Source of the DNA: Heterodontus francisci
Taxonomy: Eukaryota
Assembly (NCBI RefSeq): GCF_036365525.1
Contig: NC_090399.1
Span: forward strand, 66,210,862 to 66,274,861
DNA: 64,000 nucleotides
Direction: 5' to 3'
Position numbers and translations under genes: made by a program. The notes below the pieces were generated by a model. It was not told where the DNA came from. It ran no database searches and saw nothing but the letters and a program-made list of their open reading frames with translations. Of the stretch, positions 12,531-23,410 are shown piece by piece (the stretch's first letter is position 1; every line of letters begins with the position of its first letter).

Positions 12531-13326
12531 ATCTGGCAGTGAGGGGACACCCCGATGGAGGTCTCTCTACGCGGGAGTCTTCCCCCTTTACATCGGGGAC
12601 CTGGGGTGGAGGGTGTTGCGCAGAGCAGTCCCGTGCAATAGACTTTTAAGTAGGTTCACGGACTCCCAGGCCGCCTGTCCTTTCTGCGGCCTGGTCGAGT
12701 CTGTGTTTCACATATATATGGAGTGTGCGAGGTTGCAGCCCCTGTTTCAGTATTTGAAGGGGCTGCTCCTCAAGTTCTGGCTGCACTTCAGTCCCACGCT
12801 CCTGATCTTTGGGCACCCGGTGAGGGGGTGCATGGGATGGGAGGAGGATCTCCTCGTCGGTCTGCTCCTGGGCCTGGCCAAGGTGGCAATTCACAGGTCC
12901 AGGCTGCAGGCCATCTGGGGGTCCGTCCTCCCTGATTGCCTGCCCCTCTTCCGCGGTTACGTTCGCGCCCGGGTGTCCCTGGAGAAGGAGTATGCGGTGT
13001 CCGGCGGTACGGTTGAGGCCTTCCATGACCGGTGGGCACCGCAGGGACAGGAGTGCATCGTCGATGCCGAAAATGGCATTTAATTTGAGTTTTTGCTTTA
13101 TTCATCTGTTTTTAATAAAGTTATTTTTTTTTAAAATGTATATAAAGGGGGCCTGAGGAATAAAGGCCCCCTCGACATAAAATATATAAAAAGGGCCTGG
13201 AGTATAAAGGTCACCTAGAAAAAAATGGGGTTAGAAAAAGAAAGGGGGCCTGAGGAATAAAGGCCCCCTCGACATAAAATATATAAAAGAGACCTGGGGT
13301 ATAAAGGCCACCTTATATTTAAAAAA
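12531..13326 (+). mobile_element. Tx1-clade non-LTR retrotransposon, 5'-truncated copy (copy 0)
   Basis: ORF 12613-13083 matches the ORF2 C-terminus of the downstream copies (CPFCGLVESVFHIYMEC zinc finger); 3' UTR hairpins and A-tail. Confidence 0.92.
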
Positions 13327-13809
13327 CGGGGTTAGATACAGAGTAAAGCTCCCTCTACACAGTCCCCATCAAATACTCCCAGGGCAGGTACAGCTCAGGG
13401 TTAGAGACAGAGTAAAGCTCCCTCTACACTGTCCTCACCAAACACTCCCAAGCCAGGTACAGCATGGGGTTAGATACAGAATAAAACTCCCTCTACACTG
13501 TCCCCATCAAATACTCCCAGGGCAGGTACAGCTCAGGGTTAGAGACAGAGTAAAGCTCCCTCTACACTGTCCTCACCAAACACTCCCAAGCCAGGTACAG
13601 CACGGGGTTAGATACAGAATAAAGCTCCCTCTACACTGTCCCCATCAAATACTCCCAGGGCAGGTGCAGCTCAGGGTAAGAGACAGAGTAAATCTCTCTC
13701 TACACTGTCCTCACCAAACACTCCCAAGCCAGGTACAGCACGGGGTTAGATACAGAATAAAGCTCCCTCTACACTGTCCCCGTCAAACACTCCCAGGACA
13801 GGTACAGCA
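13327..13809 (+). repeat. 69-bp minisatellite, exactly 7 units (Tx1 target array)
   Basis: Unit CGGGGTTAGATACAGAGTAAAGCTCCCTCTACACTGTCCCCATCAAACACTCCCAGGACAGGTACAGCA; units start at 13327, 13396, 13465, 13534, 13603, 13672, 13741. Confidence 0.95.
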
Positions 13810-14487
13810 CTGGGATTGGCTGCTGTCTGATTTGGGAGCCTGAGTGTTGAGAGCCTCAACGAGGTGCAGCTGAGAGTGCTGGTGGCAGTTGGAGGTTGCA
13901 GACGTGGAGAGAGGAGCTGCACTGAGCAAGGGAGAGCAGCTACCAACAAGCAGAGGAAAACTCCAACAACAGTCTCCATTAAAGAGAAGAAAGGGACATT
14001 TTTTGGAAACAAGGCTTTGTCTGGAGGTGGGTGCTGAACACCAGTAATTTACTTTGGACTGTTGGGGGAGGAACAAGTGGCTGGAACAACAAGGGGTGGG
14101 GCTGCCAATTCAGCAGGAATCTGTGCTGCTGCAAAACCACACAGGGAAGCTCCCTCCCCACCCCAATTGCCAAGCCTGGGTCAGCTGAAGCTGCCCAGCT
14201 AAACAGACGGAAGGGGATAGATAGTGCCTGGGCAGCTTCAGCTGACCCAGGTGAAGACGACTCCCCCAACCAGAAGACCAACTTCAAAGACTGTTTGTTT
14301 TAAGTGTACTGTGAGCACCACCTCCAGAAAGCAAGTCATCCCTTCCAGCCTGCCTTTGCCTCTCCTCTCTTACCTCAGCCTCTCCACTAACCTGTTGTTT
14401 GTTTGTTTGTCTTTTCAAATTTTTCTGTGAGTCGCTGTTATTTAGTGTGCAAGTCCACAATTTGGGGTGGGTTTAGCTCTTAGACCC

Positions 14488-16530
14488 ATGGCAAGCCCTT
14501 CATCACCGGTGGCGGGGCCCTCTACTACCTACGCAGCTGCAGCTTCTGTGGCTGCCCACGTGGCCCCGTCACCCTTTAAATTATTGACATGCAGCCATGG
14601 GGTGAAGAGCTATCCCCACCCCAACATGTCTATTGAGGCCTGCGTTAAGGCAATGGCCGTGGTTGTCGGCCCCTCGGCCATTGTTGCGGCCTCAAAGATG
14701 TATGGGAAGGCTGTGTTCTTTCTGAAGACCGAGCGGGCGGTGTCCCTGGCACTGAGTAAAGGGCTCACTGTGGGGGGGACCTTCCTGCCAGTGGACCCTC
14801 TGGGGGCCACTGCGCATCGGATAATGTTGTCCAATGTCCCACCCTTCATTCCCAGTGAGCTCCTCCTCCCCCACCTGCACCATCTAGGGGAGGTGAGGTC
14901 GGGGATCACCCCAGTCCGGCTTGGTCTTCGGGAGCACAGCCTCCAACATGTCTACTCCTTCCGCCGCCAGTTATTTATGCAGCTGGCGCGGGAGGAGGAC
15001 ACGGAGGGCCAATTTAATGTGGAGTTCCAAGGGACGGCCTACCGCGTCATTTGGACCTCGGACGGGGCGCGGTGCCACGTCTGCAAGGGGGTGGGGCATG
15101 TTCGTAAGAACTGCCCCAACCTCCCGGCCGCCAGCTCCACCTCGGCGGCCCAGAGTGGTTCCACAGCACCTCCTCCCACTCCCCCCGCACATCCAACAGA
15201 CACCGCTCAGTAGGTTCCGGAGGCTGTGGTTTTCACAGCCTCTGGCGGGGAGGGGAGCGTCCGTCCGAGCGGAAGGAAGACGCGGGGAAAAAAGAAACAT
15301 CGTGAGGCGCGTCCCCTGGACACTTTGACTCAACCCGAGCCTGAGCTCAGCCCAAAGCCCATTCCCATGGAATCCACCTGTCCCAGGGCTGGGCTCAGGC
15401 CCAGGGTGACTATAAAGGGAAAAAAGGGTGCGGAGGCGGAGGCCTCTGATGACATGGAGGTCTCTGAGTCTCCGCGCCCAAGTGCGAAAAAGAGGAGAAG
15501 GCACCCCTCCACAGAAATAACACAGGGCCCTGAGGTGCAGGGCCCATCTGTTGGAGGGGAGCTGCCTCCTGTTTCTGGTCCTCAGGTGCCCCCTACCGCC
15601 ACCACCAAGGCTACAAAGTCCGGGCAGGTGCTCCCTATTCCTCAGGATGGAGGGGAGGGGATGGCCCCGGTACATGAGGCCCCTCCTGAAGGAGTAAGTG
15701 GGGCCCTGCTTGTGGTGGGGGAGCCTGGGGAAGCTGCCCATTCCGCCACTGCTACTGGGTCGGGTGTCCTGAATGAAGGGGAGGGCGAGGCCCCAGAGGG
15801 TCGGGCCTCCCAGCCGGAGTCCACCACCAACCAGGAGACACCCGACCCAGTTATAACTGAGAATGCTGCCCCATCTGCTGGGCCTGTGGGTGCTGGCGGA
15901 GCGGGAGATCGCCTCCTCCCTCCGCCTCCAGTCTCGGCTCCGGCTGGTTTCCCGGAGTCGGGAACTTCTGTCTCCCCTGGACCACACATTGCCCTGGGGA
16001 CGGAGGTGGAGGGGGTTCCTGAACCGCTGGTGCCTACAGGCTCCAGTTTCACAATAGAACCCAGAGAGGACTCCTCCGCCATCGATCCTGGGGGTGGGAT
16101 CGTGACGGAGGCGGGACCAGCTGGCGCGGCCGGGACGTCCGCCCCACAGTGTGTGGTGGATGTGTCGGCCGCTGGCGGTGACGACCCGGAGGAGGATGGG
16201 GATTCGGTGCGGGGCACGGAGGATGATCTTGATTCCATCGCCAGTGAGGTGGTGGAGTCCCTCGTGCCTCCCACCGAATCTCCTCTCATCCCCACGGCGG
16301 AACTCCGGGATTTCCTCGCGGCTTGCAGAGGTTGCCGCAATAAAGTTCAGCTGGCCCTCGACCGTTGGTCGAATCTGGTGCTGATCATCCAGTCCATCCG
16401 TGCCGCCCTTAAGATAGCGGGCAAGCACGCGGACGTGAAACTGGTTGAGAGGCGCCGTTTTAATGTGTTCCTCAATGGGTTGCTGGGGGAGTGGAGGGCC
16501 AGGTGCACTTCCACTCCCTCCTCACAGTGA
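14488..16530 (+). pseudogene. Tx1 ORF1 (nucleic-acid-binding protein, ~680 aa) with one nonsense codon
   Basis: MASPS start, ASKMYGKAVFFL, LSNVPPFI, CHVCKGVGHVRKNC; TAG at 15211-15213 where copy C has TCG; same frame continues to 16530. Confidence 0.88.
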
Positions 16531-16562
16531 GGTGTTTGTGACGGGTTTTAATTACCTTTGAC

Positions 16563-19500
16563 ATGAAGATAACCATAGCCAGCCTCAACATCAACGGCAG
16601 CAGAGGGGCTCACCGCAGATTTCACAATCTCTCAGTCCTCAGGGAAGGGAGATACGCGGTGAGCTTTCTGCAGGAAACCCACACCGTTCCGGGAGACGAA
16701 GCCACCTGGCTCCTGGAGTGGCAGTGGGGTGGCTATCTTGTTGGCCCCGACTTTTCAGCCGGAGATCTTGGGGGTCAAGGAGCTAGTGCCGGGCCGCTTG
16801 CTCCACCTCGCCGTTCGCCTGGGTAGCGTGCCGCTCCACTTTGTGAACGTGTACGCGCCCAGGCCTGGCGCGTTGCAAGCGCGCTTCTTTGAAGAAGTGT
16901 CCGCTCTCTTGAGCTCCATCGATAGCGGCGAGTGCATCATCCTCGGGGGGGATTTTAACTGCACCCTCGAGGTGGGGGATCGCTCCAGTCCCCAGCGCGG
17001 CCAAGCGTCGGTGGAGAAGTTGAGGGGACTGATCAGCTCCCTTAACTTGGTGGACGTCTGGCAGAATCTCCATCCCGACTCCAGCGCCTTCACGTGGAGG
17101 TCTGGAGGAGGGGGGTCGCGAATCGACCGCCTCTACATTTCGCAGGCGTACGTCTCCCGCGTTTCGGCGGCCTCCATGCGGCTGGTGCCGTGCTCGGACC
17201 ACCACCTGGTGTGGGCGGAGTTTACTCCGCTCCGCACGCGGGCAGGGTCCGCGTACTGGCACTTTAACAACCGGCTGCTGGAGGACGTGCGATTTCGGGA
17301 CTCGTTCTGTCGATTCTGGGCCGACTGGAGAAGGAAGCAGGGGGGCTTCCCCTCCTTGAGGCTATGGTGGGATGTGGGCAAGACTCACATCCGCGTCTTC
17401 TGTCAGGAGTACGCGAAGGGGTCGACCAAGAGGCGGGTAGCCGAGATCGGGCGCCTTGAGAGGGAGGTGCTTGACTTGGAGTCCCGCCTCGGTCATGCCG
17501 TCGTGGACCCGGCTCTGTGGCAGGCGTACAAAGAGAAGAAGGGCGCGCTGAGGGACCTGCAGCTCATAGGGTCCCGAGGCGCGTACGTGAGGTCGCGGAT
17601 CCAGATCCTGGAAGATTTGGACCGCGCCTCTCCCTTCTTCTACTCGCTGGAAAAATGGCGGGGGGTCCGTAAGCAGCTCATCGAGCTGCTGGCCGACGAC
17701 GGATCCTCCATCACGGATCCGGAGGGAATGGGCCTCCTGGTCCGGACGTATTACAGTGCGTTGTTCTCTCCGGATCCGTCCAGCGAGGATGCGCGCAGAG
17801 TTTTGTGGGAGGACCTGCCGCAGGTCAGCCCGGAGGGCGCCGAAGGATTGGTGGCTCCGCTCACGTTGGCGGAGCTGACTGGCGCCCTCCACCAGCTCTC
17901 GTGGGGCAAATCCCCAGGGCTGGATGGGTTGACCCTGGAGTTCCTCAGGGCGTTCTGGGACGTCCTGGGGGACGATTACGCGCGGGTCCTGGGGGAAAGC
18001 CTGGCGACCGGGGAGATGCCCCTCTCGTGGCGCAGGGCGGTCATCGTCCTGCTGCCGAAGAGGGGCGATCTCCGCCTGCTTAAAAACTGGCGTCCGGTCT
18101 CCCTCCTCAGCACGGATTATAAGATCTTTGCCCGGGCTATGTCTACCCGCCTGTGCTCCGTGCTGGCCCACATGATCCACCCCGACCAGTCCTACACAGT
18201 CCCGGGCCGGTCCATCCAGGACAACATCCACCTGGTCCGGGACCTGATCCATCTTTCCCAGAGGACTGGTCAGTCGGTCGCCTTTCTCTCCCTCGATCAG
18301 GAGAAGGCGTTCGACAGGGTGGATCACGATTACCTTTTCGGGACTCTGCGCGCTTTCGGACTCGGGCCGCATTTCGTGGCCCGGGTCCGACTTTTATACG
18401 CCGCCGCAGAGTGTCTAGTCAAAGTTAACGGGTCCTTGACGGCGCCCCTTCGCTTTGGGAGAGGAGTGCGTCAGGGGTGCCCCATGTCCGGCCAATTGTA
18501 TACCATCTGCGTGGAGCCCTTCCTGTGCCTGCTTCGCAGGAGGTTGACGGGATTGGCTCTGCGCGAGCCGGCCATGCGGGTCGTCCTCTCGGCTTACGCC
18601 GACGACGTGCTCCTCGCAATCACAGATCCCGTTGACTTGCGGAGGATGCGCGACTGCCAGCAGACCTTTTCTGCCGCGTCCTCCGCGAGGATCAATTGGG
18701 AGAAATGTTCCGGACTCCTGGTTGGTCAGTGGCGGGTGGACTCCCTGCCGGAGGAGATGACACCTTTTGCGTGGAGAACCACGCACCTCCTCTATCTGGG
18801 AGTCCACCTTAGCCCCGCTGAGGAAGCCTGGCCGGCAAACTGGCAGGAGTTGGAGGCGAAAGTCACCGCTCGGCTGGGGCGCTGGACAGGACTGCTCCGA
18901 GTGCTTTCCTACAGGGGCCGAGTGTTGGTCATAAACCAACTGGTGGCCTCCATGCTGTGGTACCGGTTGGTCACTTTGGCCCCGCCCCCTGTATTTGCCA
19001 CCAAGATCCGGAAGAAACTCATCGATTTCTTCTGGGGCAAGAGGAAACACTGGGTCTCTGCCGCGGTCCTGAGTCTCCCGATCGAGGAGGGCGGTCAGTC
19101 GCTGGTGTGCGTCCGCACCCAGGCTGCGACTCTCCGCCTTCGGACCCTGCAGAGATACCTGTACGTCGAGCGTCCTCCCAGATGGTGTGCGCTGGCGACG
19201 TATTTTTTCCGCCAGTGTCACTGCCTTCAAGACGACACGCAGCTCCCGGTGGAGTCCGTTAGCCGCGCCTCTCTGAGGGAGTTGCCTGTCTTTTACCGGG
19301 ATCTTTTCCGAGTCTGGAACATGGTCGCCTCCAGTCAGGGCGCTCCCCCGCCGGCGGAGGAGAGCGCCTCGGCTGTCCGGGCGGCCGACTCCGGGGACGG
19401 TCCGGCGGGCGGAGGAGTAGCCGAAACCCCCGGGACGCCCCTCACTGCGGGTGGCGAGGGGGCTCGGGAGTGCGGAGCGATCCCGGCCGAGCTGACCCCC

Positions 19501-20262
19501 GCTCGGCCGGAACTGCTCATCGGACCCAGGCCCCGAAACCCTCCTCGGGAGCCAGTCCCGCACAACCCGAGCCGCCTCTCGGAAATGCCCTCCGTGCCAT
19601 TCCAATCGGCGCGGAGGGGTTTCCTGTACGGGCTGCTCCTGCACACTCTCCACTTCCTCGCCCTCGTCAGCCGGCCGGACACGCCCTGGCGGTCCGCGTT
19701 GCCATCTGGCGGCGAGGGGAAACCTCGATGGAGGTCTCTCTCCGCGGGAGTCTTCCCCCTTTACATCGGGGACCTGGGGTGGAGGGTGCTGCACAGAGCA
19801 GTCCCGTGCAATAGGCTTTTAAGTAGGTTCACGGACTCCCAGGCCACCTGTACTTTCTGCGGCCTGGACGAGTCCGTGTTCCACGTTTATACGGAGTGTG
19901 CGAGGTTGCAGCCCCTATTTGAGTATCTGAAGGGGCTGCTCCTCAAATTCTGGCTGCACTTCAGTCCCACGCTCCTGATCTTTGGGCACTCGGTGCGGAG
20001 GGGCTTGGGCCGGGAGGAGGATCTCCTCGTCGGTCTGGTCCTGGGCCTGGCCAAGGTTGCAATTCACAGGTCCAGGTTGCGGGCCGTCGGGGGGTCCGTC
20101 CTCCCCGATTGCCTGCCCCTCTTCCGCGGTTACGTTCGCGCCCGGGTGTCCCTGGAAAAGGAGCATGCGGTGTCTGCCGGTACGCTTGAGGCCTTCCGCG
20201 ACCGGTGGGCAACGCAGGGACTGGAGTGCATAGTCGACGCCGAGAATGGCATTTTAATTTGA
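16563..20262 (+). pseudogene. Tx1 ORF2 (APE endonuclease, reverse transcriptase, CCHC finger), frameshifted by a 38-bp deletion
   Basis: SLNING, FLQETH, GGDFN, RIDR, SDH; KNWRPVSLL, LDQEKAFDRV, GVRQGCP, AYADD; CTFC..H..C; 38 nt missing at ~16724 relative to copy B. Confidence 0.92.
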
Positions 20263-20400
20263 GTTTTTTGTTTATTTATCTGTTTTTAATAGTGATTTTA
20301 AAAATATAAGTGTGTATATAAAGGGGGCCTGAGGAATAAAGGCCCCCTCGACATACAAAATATATATAATGGGGGCCTGAGGAATAAAGGCCCCCTCGAC

Positions 20401-20638
20401 AAAAAAAAAACGGGGGTTCGATACAGAGTAAAGCTCCCTCTGCACTGTCCCCATCAAACACTCCCAAAAAAAAAGAAAAAAAAACGGGATTACATACAGA
20501 GGAAAGCTCCCTCCACACAAAAAAAAACGGGGTTTGATACAGAGTAAAGCTCCCTCCACAAAAAAAAAAACGGGGTTTGATACAGAGTAAAGCTCCCTCG
20601 ACACTGTCCCATTAAACACTCCCAGGACAGGTACAGCA
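20401..20638 (+). repeat. Stack of poly(A) tracts alternating with truncated and full 69-bp target units
   Basis: Units start at 20411, 20485, 20528 and 20571, each directly after an A-run; only the last is complete. Confidence 0.9.
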
Positions 20639-21346
20639 CAGGGATTGGCTGGTCAATTTGGAGCACTTCCTGCCAGCAATCAGGGGGAGCAGCTGCACCT
20701 GTGTTGCTGCAACTGGAGAGGAGAGAGGAGACTGGAGTTACTGCAGAGAGGTGACTGTAGACAGCTGTATTTACTGTGGAACTGTTGCACTTTTTCAAGA
20801 CTAAGAAGACCTGAGAGTCATTTTGGAGAGGTGGGTGTTGGAACACCAGAGAACTGTTGGTTGTTTGGACTGTTGGGGGAGGGAGAAGGCACCGGAAGAT
20901 CCAGGGGTGGGGCTGCCAAATTCTATAGGGAGCCCCTGTACGAGCTCTTGTGTTTATCTGCCATCCTGCACAAAAGGGGCTCCCTCCCCACCCCCAACTG
21001 TGTGGCTCGGGACGGCTGGAGCTGCCCGGCTGAAGAAAATCCTTATACAACAACAGAAAAGGGAGAGAACCGGGCGGCTCTAACCGACCCGGGCGAAGAA
21101 CCCTCCCCTAACTGGAAGAGTGGACTGTCGACTCTGCAGGAAGGTGCTCCAACCACCAATTGAAGTGTAACATCCTTGCAGCTGTTCTCTCTCTTCCATC
21201 ACTCGGCCACCTATCCTCTCCTCTCCTTGTCCTTTTCAGCCCTATCCTCCTCTATTCCCATCCCCCCCTCCCCCATCATATTGCTTGTGTTAAAGAAAAC
21301 TGTCGTGTGTTTTGTTTCTTGGGGGTGGGCGTAGCTCTGCGACCCC

Positions 21347-23378
21347 ATGGCAAGCCCCTCTTTGCCGGTGGCGGGGCCTTCCCGTTCATATGCTGCTGCG
21401 GCTGCACCTGTTGCCCCGTCACCGTTTGCTTTATTAACATCGAAGCATGGGGTCAAGAGCTATGTCCACCCAAACATGACTATAGAGGCATGCATGAAAG
21501 CAATGGCCGAGGTTGTCGGCCCTTCGGCCATTGTTGCAGCCTCTAAAATGTACGGGAAGGCAGTGTTTTTCCTGAAGACCGAGCGGGCGGTGTCCCTGGC
21601 TCTGAGCAAGGGGCTCACCGTGGGCGGGACCTTTCTGCCAGTGGACCCCCTGGAGGCCACTGCGCAAAGGCTCATTCTATCCAATGTCCCGCCCTTCATT
21701 CCTGGTGAGCTCCTCCTTCCCCACCTGCACCATCTGGGGGAGGTAAAGACGGGGCTCACCCCAGTCCCGCTCAGTCTTCGGGAGAACAGCCTCCGACACG
21801 TGTACTCCTTCCGCCGCCAGTTATTCATGCAGCTGGCGCGGGTGGAGGTGACAGAGGGCCACTTTAATATAGAATTCCAGGGGACGGCCTACCGCGTCTT
21901 CTGGACCTTGGACGGGGTGCGGTGCCATGTCTGTAAGGGGGTGGGGCATGTTCGTAAGAACTGCCCCAACCTCCCGGCTGCCAACTCCAACTTGGCGGCC
22001 CAGGTTGGCGACGCTGCACCTCCTCCCACCCCCCCCTACACCTCCACCAGATACCATTCAGTCGGTACCGGAGGCTGTGGTTTTCACGGCCTCCGGCAGG
22101 GAGGGGGGTGACCGTCCAAGTGGAAGGAAGGCGCGGAGGAGAAATAAACATCGAGAGGCGCGTCCCCTGGACACCGTGAGACTACCCGAGTCTGAGATCA
22201 GCACAAAGCCCGATCTCGGGAAGTCAACTTGCCCCAGGGCTGGGCTCAGGGCCAGGGTGAATAAAAAAAAGGAGAGTGTGGAGGTGGAGGCCTCTGATGA
22301 TATGGAGGTCTCTGAGCCTCCGCACACAACTGGGAAAAAGAGGAGAAGGCACCCCTCCACAGAGGTAACAAGGGGCCCTGAGGCGCAGGGCCCATCTGTT
22401 GGAGGGGAGCTGTCTCCTGTTTCGGGTCCCCAGGCTTCCCCTACCGCCACCACCAAGGCTGCAAAGTCCGGGCAGGAGCACTCTATTCCTCAGGATGGAG
22501 GGGAGGGGAAGGCCCCGGTACTTGAGGCCCCTCCTGAAGGAGTAAGTGGGGCCCTGCTTGTGGTGGGGGAGCCTGGGGACTCCGCCCATTCTGCCACTGC
22601 TACTGGGTCGGGTGCTCTGAATGAAGGGGAGGGCGAGGCCCCAGAGGGTCGGGCCTCCCAGCCGGAGTCCACCACCAACCAGGAGACACCCGACCCAGTT
22701 ATAACTGAGAATGCTGCCCCATCTGCTGGGCCTGTGGGTGCTGGCGGAGCGGGAGATAGCCTCCTCCCTCTGCCTCCAGTCTCGGCTCCGGCTGGTTTCC
22801 CGGAGTCCGGAACTTCTGTCTCCCCTGGACCACACATTGCCCTGGGGACGGAGGTGGAGGGGGTTCCTGAACCGCTGGTGCCTACAGGCTCCAGTTTCAC
22901 AATAGAACCCAGAGAGGACTCCTCCGCCATCGATCCTGGGGGTGGGATCGTGACAGAGGCGGGACCAGCTGGCGCGGCCGGGACGTCCGCCCCACAGTGT
23001 GTGGTGGATGTGTCGGCCGCTGGCGGTGACGACCCGGAGGAGGATGGGGATTCGGTGCGGGGCACGGAGGATGATCTTGATTCCATCACCAGTGAGGTGG
23101 TGGAGTCCCTCGTGCCTCCCACCGAATCACCTCTCATCCCCACGGCGGAACTCCGGGATTTCCTCGCGGCTTACAGGGGTTGCCGCAATAAACTACAGCT
23201 GGCCCTCGACCGTTGGTCGAATCTGGCGCTGATCATAGAGTCCGTCCGTGCCGCTCTTAAGATAGCGGGCAAGCGTGCGGACGTGAAACTGATTGAGAGG
23301 CGCCGTTTTAATGTGTTCCTCAATGGGTTGCTGGGGGAGTGGAGGGCCAGGTGCACTTCCACTCCCTCCTCACAGTGA
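21347..23378 (+). pseudogene. Tx1 ORF1, frameshifted near a C-run (~22030)
   Basis: ORFs 21347-22111 and 21927-23378 together match copy A ORF1 in different frames. Confidence 0.88.
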
Positions 23379-23410
23379 GGTGTTTGTGTCGGGTTTTAAG
23401 TACCTTTGAC

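Larger units (their letters stand above)
13810..20410 (+). mobile_element. Full-length Tx1-clade non-LTR retrotransposon (copy A)
   Basis: 5' UTR, ORF1 with CCHC knuckle, ORF2 with APE-RT-zinc finger, 3' UTR, poly(A) at 20401-20410. Confidence 0.93.

Noticed and set aside
13327-13809. CRISPR-like appearance of the 69-bp repeats and the A-spaced stacks
   Set aside because: Units are contiguous or separated only by poly(A); no unique spacers, no cas genes, eukaryotic context
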